From the NCBI GenBank assembly GCA_016183175.1, contig JACPFC010000054.1, positions 8,313 through 72,312 of the forward strand: a stretch of DNA of 64,000 nucleotides, read 5' to 3'. Every line of letters begins with the position of its first letter. Position 1 is the first letter of the stretch. The notes below the pieces were generated by a model that searched no databases, was not told the origin of the DNA, and worked only from the letters and a program-made list of their open reading frames with translations. A program made the position numbers and the translations under genes. This DNA comes from Deltaproteobacteria bacterium. GTDB lineage: Bacteria; UBA10199; SBBF01. Positions 10,811 through 20,355 of this stretch are shown piece by piece.

Positions 10811-11372
10811 AAATTTGAAACTGCGGTGTTTATTCTGTGTTTCAATTTTGTTGTTCGTCGGTAGCGAGGTGAAAGGAGAGAGTATGAAATTTTCAGAACC
10901 GTCGGCGCCGATGCCATTTGAGGCCGGCAAAAAATACGAGGCGGTCATCAAAACCGGCAAAGGGGACATCACGGTGGAGCTTTATCCCGACAAGGCCCCT
11001 CTGTCGGCCACCAATTTTATCCAACTGGCAAAAGGGGGGTTTTACAACGGGCTGACCTTTCACCGGGTGGAGCCCGGTTTTGTCATTCAAGGGGGAGACC
11101 CGGCAGGGAACGGCAGTGGCGGACCGGGTTATACCATTCCTGCCGAGATCGGCCTCCCGCACAAAAACGGGGCGCTTGCCTGGGCCCGCACCGGCGACCA
11201 AGTGAATCCCCAGCGCCGCTCCAGTGGTTCGCAGTTCTACATCACCCTGCAGGCGACGCCGTTTTTGGACGGGGCTTATACGGTCTTCGGCCAGACCATC
11301 GCCGGCATGGATGTCGTCTCCAATATCCGGCGGGGGGACAAGATCAACTCCATTGAAATTGTCGTGAAGTGA
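10803..11372 (+). CDS. Cyclophilin-type PPIase, exported
   Basis: FYNGLTFHRV..FVIQGGDP..GSGGPGY, GSQFYI, YTVFG. Confidence 0.95.
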   Translation: MRRNLKLRCLFCVSILLFVGSEVKGESMKFSEPSAPMPFEAGKKYEAVIKTGKGDITVELYPDKAPLSATNFIQLAKGGFYNGLTFHRVEPGFVIQGGDPAGNGSGGPGYTIPAEIGLPHKNGALAWARTGDQVNPQRRSSGSQFYITLQATPFLDGAYTVFGQTIAGMDVVSNIRRGDKINSIEIVVK

Positions 11373-12096
11373 ACTTGTCGACGGCAACGGAATCCTCGCC
11401 GGAATCCTCAAGGGAATCGTTATCGGAATCTTCATCTGAATCTTCATCGCCGTCCTCAAAGGAATCTTCGGAGTCGGAATCTTCATCGGCATCATCAAGG
11501 GAATCTCGGGAGTCTTCGGCGTCTTCCCCGTCTTCCCCGTCAGGCGTTTTGCCGTCGGGGCCCGCAGGAAAGAGGGAGTCGTCCACGCAGTCGGGATAGG
11601 GAGATTCGCCGCAGAGAGGGGCATCCAGCGGAACAAGAAAGGGCCCTACGTAAGGCGCTTCCTTGCAGGATGTCGAGGCGAGCGCGTAGATGTCCTTGTC
11701 CGTTCCGTCATCGTCATAATAAGAGGCGGCGTAGTAGAAGGTGCAAACCTGCCCGTCGCGAAAACAGTCTCCCTGAAACCGGTCTGTCGAAATGGAGGCG
11801 ACACAGATGATCACATCTCCGGAGTAGGTTCCTTCCCTGTCCGGGGCAAAATAATAGTTGCCGTCCTCCCAGTTGATGAGAGCCGTAAAGACGGTATCGT
11901 TATACTCGATCAGGAGCGTTTCACCCGAATGGGTCACCAGGATGAGGTCTTCGTCAAAATCCCCGTCGCTTCCGGGCGAGGAGTACGACGAATCATCCCA
12001 GCTGTCGTAATAACCCTCTCCCAATCCGCATCCGGTTCCCGCAACGGATGTTGCGGTCAGTGTTAAAAGCAGAAGGCTTGTTTTGAAGTGTTTCAT
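11344..12096 (-). CDS. Hypothetical acidic lipoprotein-like protein
   Basis: SD AAGGAGG; signal peptide ending GTGC; several Cys; Asp/Glu/Ser tail. Confidence 0.75.
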   Translation of the reverse strand: MKHFKTSLLLLTLTATSVAGTGCGLGEGYYDSWDDSSYSSPGSDGDFDEDLILVTHSGETLLIEYNDTVFTALINWEDGNYYFAPDREGTYSGDVIICVASISTDRFQGDCFRDGQVCTFYYAASYYDDDGTDKDIYALASTSCKEAPYVGPFLVPLDAPLCGESPYPDCVDDSLFPAGPDGKTPDGEDGEDAEDSRDSLDDADEDSDSEDSFEDGDEDSDEDSDNDSLEDSGEDSVAVDKFTSRQFQWS

Positions 12097-12150
12097 ATGG
12101 CGATCCTCCTTGTTTTATTTTTGATTAAAACCTTCAATGGCGTTTGCAAT

Positions 12151-12206
12151 CTCCGCTCCCGCCTCGCTTTATCCTCCCTATTCGGTCGGCGCTCGGCGGG
12201 AACCCT
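12151..12206 (-). repeat. Family B element (AGGGTTCCC..GGGAGCGGAG)
   Basis: Reverse complement matches 31279-31333 with one indel and one substitution. Confidence 0.85.
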
Positions 12207-12226
12207 CCTTTCGACAACAAGGAGGA

Positions 12227-12242
12227 AGCAATCGGCGTGCCA
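12227..12242 (-). promoter_or_regulatory. Sigma54 -24/-12 promoter
   Basis: TGGCACGCCGATTGCT matches TGGCACG-N4-TTGC, about 130 bp upstream of 12096 ATG. Confidence 0.75.
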
Positions 12243-12431
12243 AGAGGGACACGGATCAGGTTTTTGAAATTTGCGCGTAATTTTAACGGGTTATATTCCG
12301 GCCCGAGGGCGCTCCCGAAAAACGGGACCCGCGGAATTGACCAAAATTGACCAAAATCGGCCGTCAAAATCGGCCGGCGAATTTTTCTTTTCCAACTCAA
12401 CCTCTGCACTGGTATACTTTCATCCACGCCG

Positions 12432-13334
12432 ATGAAGTTGCGCGGAAGACAGGGGAGGGGGGTTTTTCAAACCGGGTGGCTTTGCCTCGTTGCATGGGCC
12501 GGTCTGTCCTGTGCCGACCCTCTTTACTCCGATGAGCCGTACAGCTACCAATCTGAATCCTGGCGTTGCCCGGACGAGGCTGTTTCCTTAAACCAGGAGC
12601 TGGTCTCGGCCTTTGGCAATGTCACCATCCAGGATGTTTCCGACACTTCTTTTGTCGAACCGGGAGAGCAGGTCTATTTTCGCTACCTTTTGGGAGCGGA
12701 CCAGTACTGGAACTGGGGCGGGGGGGAAGAAGACGCCATCATCTATAGTTTCTACGAGTACTATTATCTTGTCCTGTCCACCGGCGATGTCCTGGTTTTG
12801 AAGTTTGAATATGAATACCCCTTTTCCGCCGCGGAAGATCCCCTCACGGGGATCTACTATCTCTTTGACGCATCCAATGCGGCGGATCTGGAAACGCTGA
12901 ATGCGACACTGGCCGGGGAACAGGCCGACACATACCACAGCTTCATATGGGAAAGGGCCTTGAGTGACGATTATTACGGAGAGAGCGATGAGTTCAGCAT
13001 GTCGGTGACAGCGGCCGGCGAAGGGGTCTATCATCTTGAAACAACCATCGACCTGCACAATCTGACGGGGATTGATGAGGCCGGATTTTATACGATCGGT
13101 TTTGACAGGACAATCGGGACGGAAAACATTCAAGGGGGCTATCTGGACGCTTATCTGCTGTCATTATACGACTCCGAGGCCAATCCCGATTCCTGGCAGG
13201 AACTTTATCTCAATGACGTGTTCATCGGCGTGTCCGACGGCTCGGAGACATGGGGGGAATACGATGACTATTGCGGGCCGGGAGGCGGAAACATCGTCAA
13301 TCCCGTCGTCCTGGAGCCGGATGAAGATATCTGA
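12432..13334 (+). CDS. Hypothetical acidic Tyr-rich lipoprotein
   Basis: Lipobox-like GLSC; 300 aa open frame. Confidence 0.7.
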   Translation: MKLRGRQGRGVFQTGWLCLVAWAGLSCADPLYSDEPYSYQSESWRCPDEAVSLNQELVSAFGNVTIQDVSDTSFVEPGEQVYFRYLLGADQYWNWGGGEEDAIIYSFYEYYYLVLSTGDVLVLKFEYEYPFSAAEDPLTGIYYLFDASNAADLETLNATLAGEQADTYHSFIWERALSDDYYGESDEFSMSVTAAGEGVYHLETTIDLHNLTGIDEAGFYTIGFDRTIGTENIQGGYLDAYLLSLYDSEANPDSWQELYLNDVFIGVSDGSETWGEYDDYCGPGGGNIVNPVVLEPDEDI

Positions 13335-13434
13335 AGGCGGCAGGGCCGCCAGCCAAATGGTCCAGATGGACCTGCAAACGGTTCGCAAACTGTGCAAAGA
13401 AGTTGCGGAGAAAGAATCTGAAAGGAGGGTTTTT

Positions 13435-14316
13435 ATGAGCAAGGTGAGGATCGCGACGATATTCCTGTTTTTTGCCGTGATGTGCCTGAACCGTTGCACC
13501 TGCAGTACCGAGGAGGGCTCCACGACGACGCGCATCTGCCCCGAGGACGTGGATGTAACCGACCTCTTTCTCGACGACATGACCTCGATTTCGGTGGTCG
13601 ATGACGCCGATTCCACGCTCGTGTCCGCCGACATGGCCTATTATCACCGGCTTGTGTCCGCCGACGGCCAGCGCGACGAGCATCTGGTTTTGTCTTTGGC
13701 CGACGGCAAAACCCTTGAGATCGTCTGGGGGGAGGACGCCGGGGATATCGACACATTGGCGGAAAGCGGGGTGTTGGAGGTTTCTTCGGGCTGGTATGCC
13801 GTTCATGACACCCTCTCGGTCCCGACATTCGCCCAGTTTGACGAATGTTCCTACGAGGTCGGTTCCTCGACAACCGAGGCAACCCCCTGTAGCGCCTATT
13901 TTTCAAACCTCTCCTCGGACAGTTTCAGCGGGCTGGAGGCGACGCGCAACGCCGGGGATTCCTTTGCGTTTGGCGCCCTGGAGGTCAGCGATACGATCGG
14001 GGCCTTCGAGATTTCCTTCAACGCCCATTACGCGGAAGGACGGATTATCGCCGATTTCCCCGAGACCGTGGAATTCTGCCGGATCAAGGTGCTGTCCTGC
14101 TTCGGCGATTGCGGCGACTGCCCGGAAGGCTACACGGCCACCGGTGGAATTTGCGAGGACACAGGCTGTTCACTCACCTGTTCCGATTGTGAATATCAGG
14201 ACGGAAGCGGCAACACACTCGCTCTCGACCAAGCAGAGGTGGAGGCCTCCTGCGAGATCGACGCGGACCACAGCATGAATCTGGACTTCACCGCTTCCCT
14301 CTCCACGGGGGATTGA
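13435..14316 (+). CDS. Hypothetical secreted acidic Cys-rich protein
   Basis: SD AAGGAGG before MSKVR; signal peptide; C-terminal CFGDCGDCPEGY..C..C..CSDC. Confidence 0.7.
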   Translation: MSKVRIATIFLFFAVMCLNRCTCSTEEGSTTTRICPEDVDVTDLFLDDMTSISVVDDADSTLVSADMAYYHRLVSADGQRDEHLVLSLADGKTLEIVWGEDAGDIDTLAESGVLEVSSGWYAVHDTLSVPTFAQFDECSYEVGSSTTEATPCSAYFSNLSSDSFSGLEATRNAGDSFAFGALEVSDTIGAFEISFNAHYAEGRIIADFPETVEFCRIKVLSCFGDCGDCPEGYTATGGICEDTGCSLTCSDCEYQDGSGNTLALDQAEVEASCEIDADHSMNLDFTASLSTGD

Positions 14317-14324
14317 GGAGCCAA

Positions 14325-14438
14325 CAAAGGGAACCTTTTGACGAGGCAATTTTTGCTCCCTGCCGGACACTCGACGCTGAAGGAACAATCCAGCACGTGA
14401 CGGCTTGCAAAAATTGCGCGGACAAAAGGTTCCCTTTG
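14325..14438. repeat. 114-bp imperfect palindrome between convergent genes
   Basis: 16-bp IR CAAAGGGAACCTTTTG/CAAAAGGTTCCCTTTG plus inner GCAATTTTTGC/GCAAAAATTGC. Confidence 0.8.
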
Positions 14439-14460
14439 CCGGCGGCGCAAAACAAGTCCG

Positions 14461-14853
14461 TTACGCTACTGCCTGTTTTGGTTTCGTTAGAAGCGCCAGT
14501 ATCCCGCCAACGATCAACACAGCGGTGGCTACGAAGGCCTGGGGCGCCAGAACCCCCGGCACAATGGCCGCTATCAGCATGACAAGACCGCTTAATTTGC
14601 CCAGCTTGAAAACGAGAATCGAGGCCAGAAGGGCGAGTAACCCCAGCCCCACCAGCGCATAGCCGGCGTTTTTGAGCTTGCCGACCGAGGCCAGGCTCTC
14701 GGCCATCGCGCCGCCGGCCCCCATCTGATCGGCCATCTGTTGCATCGAGGCGATGGTCGATTCATACTTGTTGTAATCGGTGACCCATTTCGACCCCAGA
14801 CCCAAAGCGGCCAACGATCCGATTAAACCGATGATCAATGCGGCAATTTTCAT
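14461..14853 (-). CDS. Hypothetical membrane protein
   Basis: SD AAGGAG; about 4 hydrophobic segments. Confidence 0.75.
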   Translation of the reverse strand: MKIAALIIGLIGSLAALGLGSKWVTDYNKYESTIASMQQMADQMGAGGAMAESLASVGKLKNAGYALVGLGLLALLASILVFKLGKLSGLVMLIAAIVPGVLAPQAFVATAVLIVGGILALLTKPKQAVA

Positions 14854-14908
14854 ATAGGCTCCTTATTTTTGAAAGGTGAAAAAAGCGACGGCAAGCGTAT
14901 TCCATTCC

Positions 14909-17479
14909 CTAAAAATCGTAAATAAAGAAATCGGCCGACGAGCCGCCCCCCTCGATCCCCCCCGCTTCGGCATCCCCCGCGGTGAGATCAATCGGCGCGT
15001 CGAGGACGGCGGTGTTGATCTCCTTGGGGATCTCAAAATTGGCTACCGGCTTTCCCTTCAGCACCTCCTGCATGTAATACAGAAAAATGGGGGCGGAGGT
15101 GTTCCCCCCCGTTTCGCGGGAGCCGATTTTCTGGACCTTGTCGAATCCCACCCAGACGCCGGCAAACAGGTCGGGGACATAGCCGACAAACCAGGTGTCG
15201 GTCTCGTCGTTGGTGGTTCCGGTTTTTCCCGCCGCCGGGCGGCCGAGCGCCCTGACCTTGTATCCGGTGCCGTAGTTGACGACATCGTTCATCAGCTGGA
15301 CCATCGTGTAGGCGGTGCGCGGCGAGATGACATACCCTTCCGGGACATAATCGCCGTAGAGAATCCGTTTTTCAATTTCGGTGAGTTTCAGCTTGTCATC
15401 CGCGATCCACTTTTCGCCTTCGGCCAGGAGGGATTCACTATAGCCGGAACCCTCTTTGGCCTCTTTCCGGTTCTCCCTGTTTTTGGCCAATTGTTCCGTG
15501 AAGGGGACAATCTGCCGCGGCCGGTATTCCTCCAGAACCCTTCCGTAACGGTCGGTGATCCGCTTCACGAAGACAAGTTCGGGAAGGATTCCGCCGTTGG
15601 GAAAGACGCCGTAGGCACGGGAGAGTTCATAGAGCTTCATGTCGTTGGCCCCCAGGGCCATCGAGTAATACCGGTTTATCGGCGTGGTTATTCCCAGCTT
15701 CCGCGCGTAGGCGTCGACGTATTCCACGCCGATATCCATGAGGATGCGCACGGTGACCACGTTGCGCGAATTGACTAGGCCGCTCCGGAAGGTGGTGGGG
15801 CCCTTGAAACCGCCGCCGTAGTTCTGGGGAGACCAAAAACGGCCGGGGGCATACTCGTAGAAGAGGGGGGCGTCCTCGATCACCGTGGAAAGCGAATAGC
15901 CCTTGTCCAGGGCGGCGGAATAGATGAGCGGCTTGATGGCCGAACCGGTCTGCCTTATGGCCTGCATTGCCCGGTTGAACTCGCTCTTTTTAAAATCGAG
16001 CCCCCCCACAATAGCCCGTACAAAGCCGCTTTGCGGCTCGTACGAAAAAAGCGCCCCCGCCACTTCAGGCTCCTGTTCCAGCGAGAAATAATTTTTGCCG
16101 GCCTCATAGCCCTTTCCCTTTGCGTCATCTCCGGGGATCTTCTTTTTCACCCAGATGACGTCGCCGACCGAAAAAGTCCCCCCTGGGTCGCGGATATAAT
16201 AGACATCGTTGTAACCGGCCGAGTTCAGGTTTCGTTTGCGGGCCCAGGCATAATCGTGCACACGGATGATTCCGGAAACATTTCCAACCAGCACCTCAAG
16301 ATTCTGCCCCTGACGGTCGACTTTCGTAACAACCGCCCGATAATACCGGCCGGGGATGATGGGGGTGGGACGGTTTGTCAGCTCATCATCCGAGAGGGGA
16401 TGAAAATAATCCCATTCTTCCTCCAATGTTTCCCTTGTGACCGCCAAATGGTTTTCCGCCGCAAATTTCGAAATATCCGCCTCGGGAATTTTTTGGATCG
16501 GCCCCGCGTATCCCTGGCGCTTGTCCAATTCCCGGATGCCACGCTCCACGGCCCGGTCCGCCGCTTTTTGCATGCCGGGATCGACGGTGGTGTAGATTTG
16601 GAGGCCATGGGTGTAGGGCACCTGTTCGCCGTATTTTTCCTGAATCGTGCGGCGGATGTATTCGGTGAACCAGGGGGTGTATTTGTCATTGAACTCCTTG
16701 TCGGTTTCGGCCCGGTAAACTTTAAGCGGAATGGCCCTGGCCTTTTCCCTCTGTTCCTTTGTGATAAAACCGACCTCAAACATCCGGTCGATGACATACT
16801 CCTGTCGCTCCTTGGCCTGTGCCGGGTTGGTGATGGGGGAATAAAGCGAGGGGGCTTTCGCCAGCCCCGCGATCAGCGCGGCCTCGGCGATGTTCAATTC
16901 CCTGCATGTCTTGTGAAAATAGTTGCGGGATGCCGCCTCAACGCCGTAGGCGCGGTTGCCGAAGAAGGTTTGGTTGAGGTAGAGGTTCAGGATTTCTTCC
17001 TTGTTGAAATTTTTTTCGATGCGGGTGGCCAGAATCGCCTCCTTGATTTTGCGGTTGATGGTCCTTTCGCTGGATAAAAGGAGAGATTTGGTGATCTGCT
17101 GGGTGATTGTAGAACCCCCCTGCACCACATGGCCCGCCTTCAGGTTTTCAAAAAAGGCGCGGACGATGCTTTGATAGTCGATTCCCTTGTGCTCGAAAAA
17201 ACGGTCATCCTCGCTGGCGACGATGGCCTGAACCATTGTCTTCGGCATTTCTTTGGGGGAGAGGACGAAACGCTTTTCGGTCCAGAACTCGCCGATTTTT
17301 GTTCCGTCGGCGGAATAAACCTCAGAGACCACCGGAGGATTGTAGTCCTTCAGGCTGTCCAGCCTGGGGAGATCGCGGGAAAAGTAGTAGTAGAGGCCGA
17401 AGCCGGAGACGATCGCCGTAATGAACAGGAGGACGCCGATAACCAGAATCAGACGGACAAGCCTGAAGAGATGAAGCAT
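14909..17479 (-). CDS. mrcA: Penicillin-binding protein 1A
   Basis: EDDRFFEHKGID, GGSTITQQ, RKIKE, SAIK, SRN, KTGT. Confidence 0.95.
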   Translation of the reverse strand: MLHLFRLVRLILVIGVLLFITAIVSGFGLYYYFSRDLPRLDSLKDYNPPVVSEVYSADGTKIGEFWTEKRFVLSPKEMPKTMVQAIVASEDDRFFEHKGIDYQSIVRAFFENLKAGHVVQGGSTITQQITKSLLLSSERTINRKIKEAILATRIEKNFNKEEILNLYLNQTFFGNRAYGVEAASRNYFHKTCRELNIAEAALIAGLAKAPSLYSPITNPAQAKERQEYVIDRMFEVGFITKEQREKARAIPLKVYRAETDKEFNDKYTPWFTEYIRRTIQEKYGEQVPYTHGLQIYTTVDPGMQKAADRAVERGIRELDKRQGYAGPIQKIPEADISKFAAENHLAVTRETLEEEWDYFHPLSDDELTNRPTPIIPGRYYRAVVTKVDRQGQNLEVLVGNVSGIIRVHDYAWARKRNLNSAGYNDVYYIRDPGGTFSVGDVIWVKKKIPGDDAKGKGYEAGKNYFSLEQEPEVAGALFSYEPQSGFVRAIVGGLDFKKSEFNRAMQAIRQTGSAIKPLIYSAALDKGYSLSTVIEDAPLFYEYAPGRFWSPQNYGGGFKGPTTFRSGLVNSRNVVTVRILMDIGVEYVDAYARKLGITTPINRYYSMALGANDMKLYELSRAYGVFPNGGILPELVFVKRITDRYGRVLEEYRPRQIVPFTEQLAKNRENRKEAKEGSGYSESLLAEGEKWIADDKLKLTEIEKRILYGDYVPEGYVISPRTAYTMVQLMNDVVNYGTGYKVRALGRPAAGKTGTTNDETDTWFVGYVPDLFAGVWVGFDKVQKIGSRETGGNTSAPIFLYYMQEVLKGKPVANFEIPKEINTAVLDAPIDLTAGDAEAGGIEGGGSSADFFIYDF

Positions 17480-17582
17480 AGGAAAAGCTCTTTTCTAGCA
17501 TACGCATTTTAACGCACGCAAGGCATTAAATAGTTTTTTCTCTTTCCATTTTGCCTCCAATTCAGATAGACAAATGCCCCTC

Positions 17583-17610
17583 GCGCGGGTGGTGGAATTG
17601 GCAGACACGC
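17583..17610 (+). pseudogene. Isolated 5' fragment of a second tRNA-Leu
   Basis: GCGCGGGTGGTGGAATTGGCAGACACGC (acceptor 5' strand plus D-arm) without a 3' half. Confidence 0.65.
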
Positions 17611-17623
17611 TTTCCGATAACGA

Positions 17624-17707
17624 GCCGCTGTGGTGTAATTGGCAGACACGCCGCATTCAGGGTGCGGTGGGGGCAACCCCGTGGAGGTTCGAGTCCTCTC
17701 AGCGGCA
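17624..17707 (+). tRNA. tRNA-Leu(CAG)
   Basis: GCCGCTG/CAGCGGC acceptor, CCGCA-TTCAGGG-TGCGG arm, long variable arm, GGTTCGAGTCC. Confidence 0.95.
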
Positions 17708-17722
17708 CATGCGAAAGGGGTT

Positions 17723-17900
17723 TCCGCCACACTGCGTGGCGGACCCGCCATGTCGTTTGGCGGGCAAGTCCCCCCCCGCGCACATTTTATTTGGGGCCCT
17801 TTCGGCCCGTTTGTTGCTACTCGCGTCGATTTATTTCGCCCGCCAATACTTTGTGGCGGGCCAAACCCCGCGCAAATCACCGGCAAAGCGGGATGATTTG
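17723..17900. repeat. Cluster of CCGCCA-Nn-TGGCGG hairpins
   Basis: TCCGCCAC..GTGGCGGACCCGCCA..TGGCGGG doublet like 5714-5755; further hairpins near 17838 and 17872. Confidence 0.7.
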
Positions 17901-17911
17901 CTTGATCATTT

Positions 17912-20068
17912 GTGGACGATTCTTCGATTCTCACGTTTCTCGTCAATCATCCCAAGCATGCCTGGTCCCCGCGCGAGATCGCCCAGCGGCTTAAAGTCCC
18001 CTCTGCCGGGAGAAGGGGGTTGAGAAACCGCCTCAAGCGGCTGTCGCAGGAAGGTAAAATCATCCCGCAAAGGGGAGGGCGCTACGGGAGCCTCACCAAT
18101 GTTCCCACTGTTTCAGGCACATTGAAGGCGCATTACGAAGGCTACGGTTTTGTCATTTCCGACGATCCCGCGCAGACCGATGTCTTCATTCCCGCAAAGA
18201 ACATGAATTACGCCCTTCCGGGCGATCGCGTCGTGACCAGCGTGATGGAAGGAAGAGGGGACGGCAAGCGGGAAGGGAAAATTCTTCAGATACTGGAACG
18301 GGGACGCACCCACTGGATCGGAAGATTTGAGCGGCAGGGCAAAGGATTTGCGGTGATCAATGAAGAGCGGCAAAAGGCGGTGGAGATTCTGATCCCCGGC
18401 AGACATTTAAAGGGGGCCCGGCCCGGGCAGATGGTGGTTGTGCGGGTCACCCGGTTTCCCGCCTCGGGCCGGCCGATGATGGGAGAGGTCGCCGAGGTTC
18501 TGGGAAGCCCAAGGGATGAATCCGCCGAAACGGCCGCCATCCTGGTCAAGCACCGGATCCGGAAAAACTTTCCCCCCAAAGTGACGGAGGAGGTCCAGCG
18601 TCAACCCGAAGAAATTTCCGAAGAGGAATTGAAACGCCGTGTGGATCTTCGTCCTCTCCCTATTTTGACCATCGACGGCATCACCGCCCGCGACTTCGAT
18701 GACGCCGTTTTCGTGGAAAAAAAAGGCTTATCCTTTCATCTCTATGTCAGCATCGCGGACGTGGCCCACTATGTCGCCTCGGGAGGCACAACCGATCACG
18801 AGGCGCTCGAGCGGGGCACCTCTACCTATTTTCCCGACTTTGCCGTTCCGATGCTTCCGGAAAAACTCTCCAACGGCCTCTGTAGTCTCAACCCCGGGCA
18901 GGACCGGCTGACCCTGACCGCCGAAATCAGGTTTGACGAAACCGGCCAGGCGCAGGAGGCATGGTATTACGAAAGCGTCATTCGGAGCCAAAAGCGGGGG
19001 ATCTACGAGGAGGTGCAAAGTTTTTTTGACGGCGCCTCCGACGCCGTTGAGGCCTGTCCCGTTCCCCTCCGGCAGAGCCTTGATGAAATGAAAAAACTGG
19101 CGGAACTCCTGATGGTTCAGAGGGGGCGGCGCGGCTCGATCGACTTTGACCTCCCCGAGGCCGACATCCGGTACGACAAGGAGGGGAGAATTTCCGCCAT
19201 TGTCAAGGCGGAGCGCTTCTTTTCCCACCGGCTGATCGAGGAATTCATGATCTCTGCGAATGTCGCGGTGGCGGAGCTTTTTTCCCGACTGGAGCTCCCG
19301 TTTTTGTACCGGATTCATGATTTGCCTGATCCCGCCAAAGTAGGTGAATTTCTCCTGCTGGCGAAAAATCTGGGGGTGAGGCTCCCCAGCGGATCGTTCA
19401 AACAGGCCAAGGACTTCGCCCGTCTTCTGGAAACGATCAAAACGGATCCGGCGGAGCCGTTGATTCACCAGGTTCTTTTGCGCTCGATGCGGATTGCGCT
19501 CTACAGCCCCGAAAACCGCGGCCATTTCGGGTTGAACCTTAAAACTTATTGCCACTTCACCAGCCCCATCCGGCGCTATCCCGATCTGGTTGTCCATCGC
19601 CAGCTGAAATTTCTTCTGCATGGAAGCAAAACGGGAAAGATTCATCTTGTGTTTGGCCGCGGTGTGACTCTTCCACCATCGTCCCTCCGCTCGTTTTACA
19701 ACCACCGCGACGTCGAATACTTCGGCGACCAGTCCTCCAAACGGGAGCGCGAGGCGATGGAGGCGGAGCGCGAGATGCTCAAACTAAAACAGGCCCTCTT
19801 CATGCAGGACCATGTGGGGGACAAATTTTTCGGAACCATCCGGCGGGTGGCCAAGTTCGGCCTCTTTGTGGAACTGGAACCGCACTTTGTCGAGGGTCTT
19901 CTGCACGTGAGCGATCTGACGGACGACTATTATCGTTTCGACGATAAACGCCTCCGCTTTGTCGGGACTGGAAAAAAGAGAAAAATCTATCAGGTCGGAG
20001 ACAAAATCCGGGTGACGGTCAGGGATGTGTCGGTGGAAAACCGGCAGATATCGCTGGAGTCGGCTTGA
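17912..20068 (+). CDS. rnr: Ribonuclease R
   Basis: GYGFV CSD, TIDGITARDFDDA, HFTSPIRRYPDL, C-terminal S1. Confidence 0.95.
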   Translation: MDDSSILTFLVNHPKHAWSPREIAQRLKVPSAGRRGLRNRLKRLSQEGKIIPQRGGRYGSLTNVPTVSGTLKAHYEGYGFVISDDPAQTDVFIPAKNMNYALPGDRVVTSVMEGRGDGKREGKILQILERGRTHWIGRFERQGKGFAVINEERQKAVEILIPGRHLKGARPGQMVVVRVTRFPASGRPMMGEVAEVLGSPRDESAETAAILVKHRIRKNFPPKVTEEVQRQPEEISEEELKRRVDLRPLPILTIDGITARDFDDAVFVEKKGLSFHLYVSIADVAHYVASGGTTDHEALERGTSTYFPDFAVPMLPEKLSNGLCSLNPGQDRLTLTAEIRFDETGQAQEAWYYESVIRSQKRGIYEEVQSFFDGASDAVEACPVPLRQSLDEMKKLAELLMVQRGRRGSIDFDLPEADIRYDKEGRISAIVKAERFFSHRLIEEFMISANVAVAELFSRLELPFLYRIHDLPDPAKVGEFLLLAKNLGVRLPSGSFKQAKDFARLLETIKTDPAEPLIHQVLLRSMRIALYSPENRGHFGLNLKTYCHFTSPIRRYPDLVVHRQLKFLLHGSKTGKIHLVFGRGVTLPPSSLRSFYNHRDVEYFGDQSSKREREAMEAEREMLKLKQALFMQDHVGDKFFGTIRRVAKFGLFVELEPHFVEGLLHVSDLTDDYYRFDDKRLRFVGTGKKRKIYQVGDKIRVTVRDVSVENRQISLESA

Positions 20069-20153
20069 GGCTATTTGACAATTCTTTCCGAGACACGATA
20101 TACACGGGGTTTAATAAGGCCCGCCACTAATGCTTTGGCGGGCCGCGCTTCGC

Positions 20154-20254
20154 GCGGGAGTAGCTCAGTTGGGGGGACCCGTCGTCCGCCGAGCGAGTAG
20201 CGAGGAAAGAGGACGATGGGGGCGGAGTGGCTTAAAGGCAAGAAGCATCTTAAT
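20154..20254 (+). mobile_element. Family B-like insert preceded by a 19-bp duplication of the tRNA-Gly 5' end
   Basis: GCGGGAGTAGCTCAGTTGG at 20154 and 20255 flank GGGGACCC..GGGGGCGGAG-TGGCTTAAAGGCAAGAAG, whose tail matches 46297-46321. Confidence 0.75.
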
Positions 20255-20327
20255 GCGGGAGTAGCTCAGTTGGTAGAGCGTCACGTTGCCAACGTGAAAG
20301 TCGCGGGTTCAAGTCCCGTCTCCCGCT
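20255..20327 (+). tRNA. tRNA-Gly(GCC)
   Basis: Cloverleaf, CACGT-TGCCA-ACGTG, GGTTCAAGTCC. Confidence 0.97.
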
Positions 20328-20355
20328 CATTGTTGAATAATTCCCGGTTATTTCC

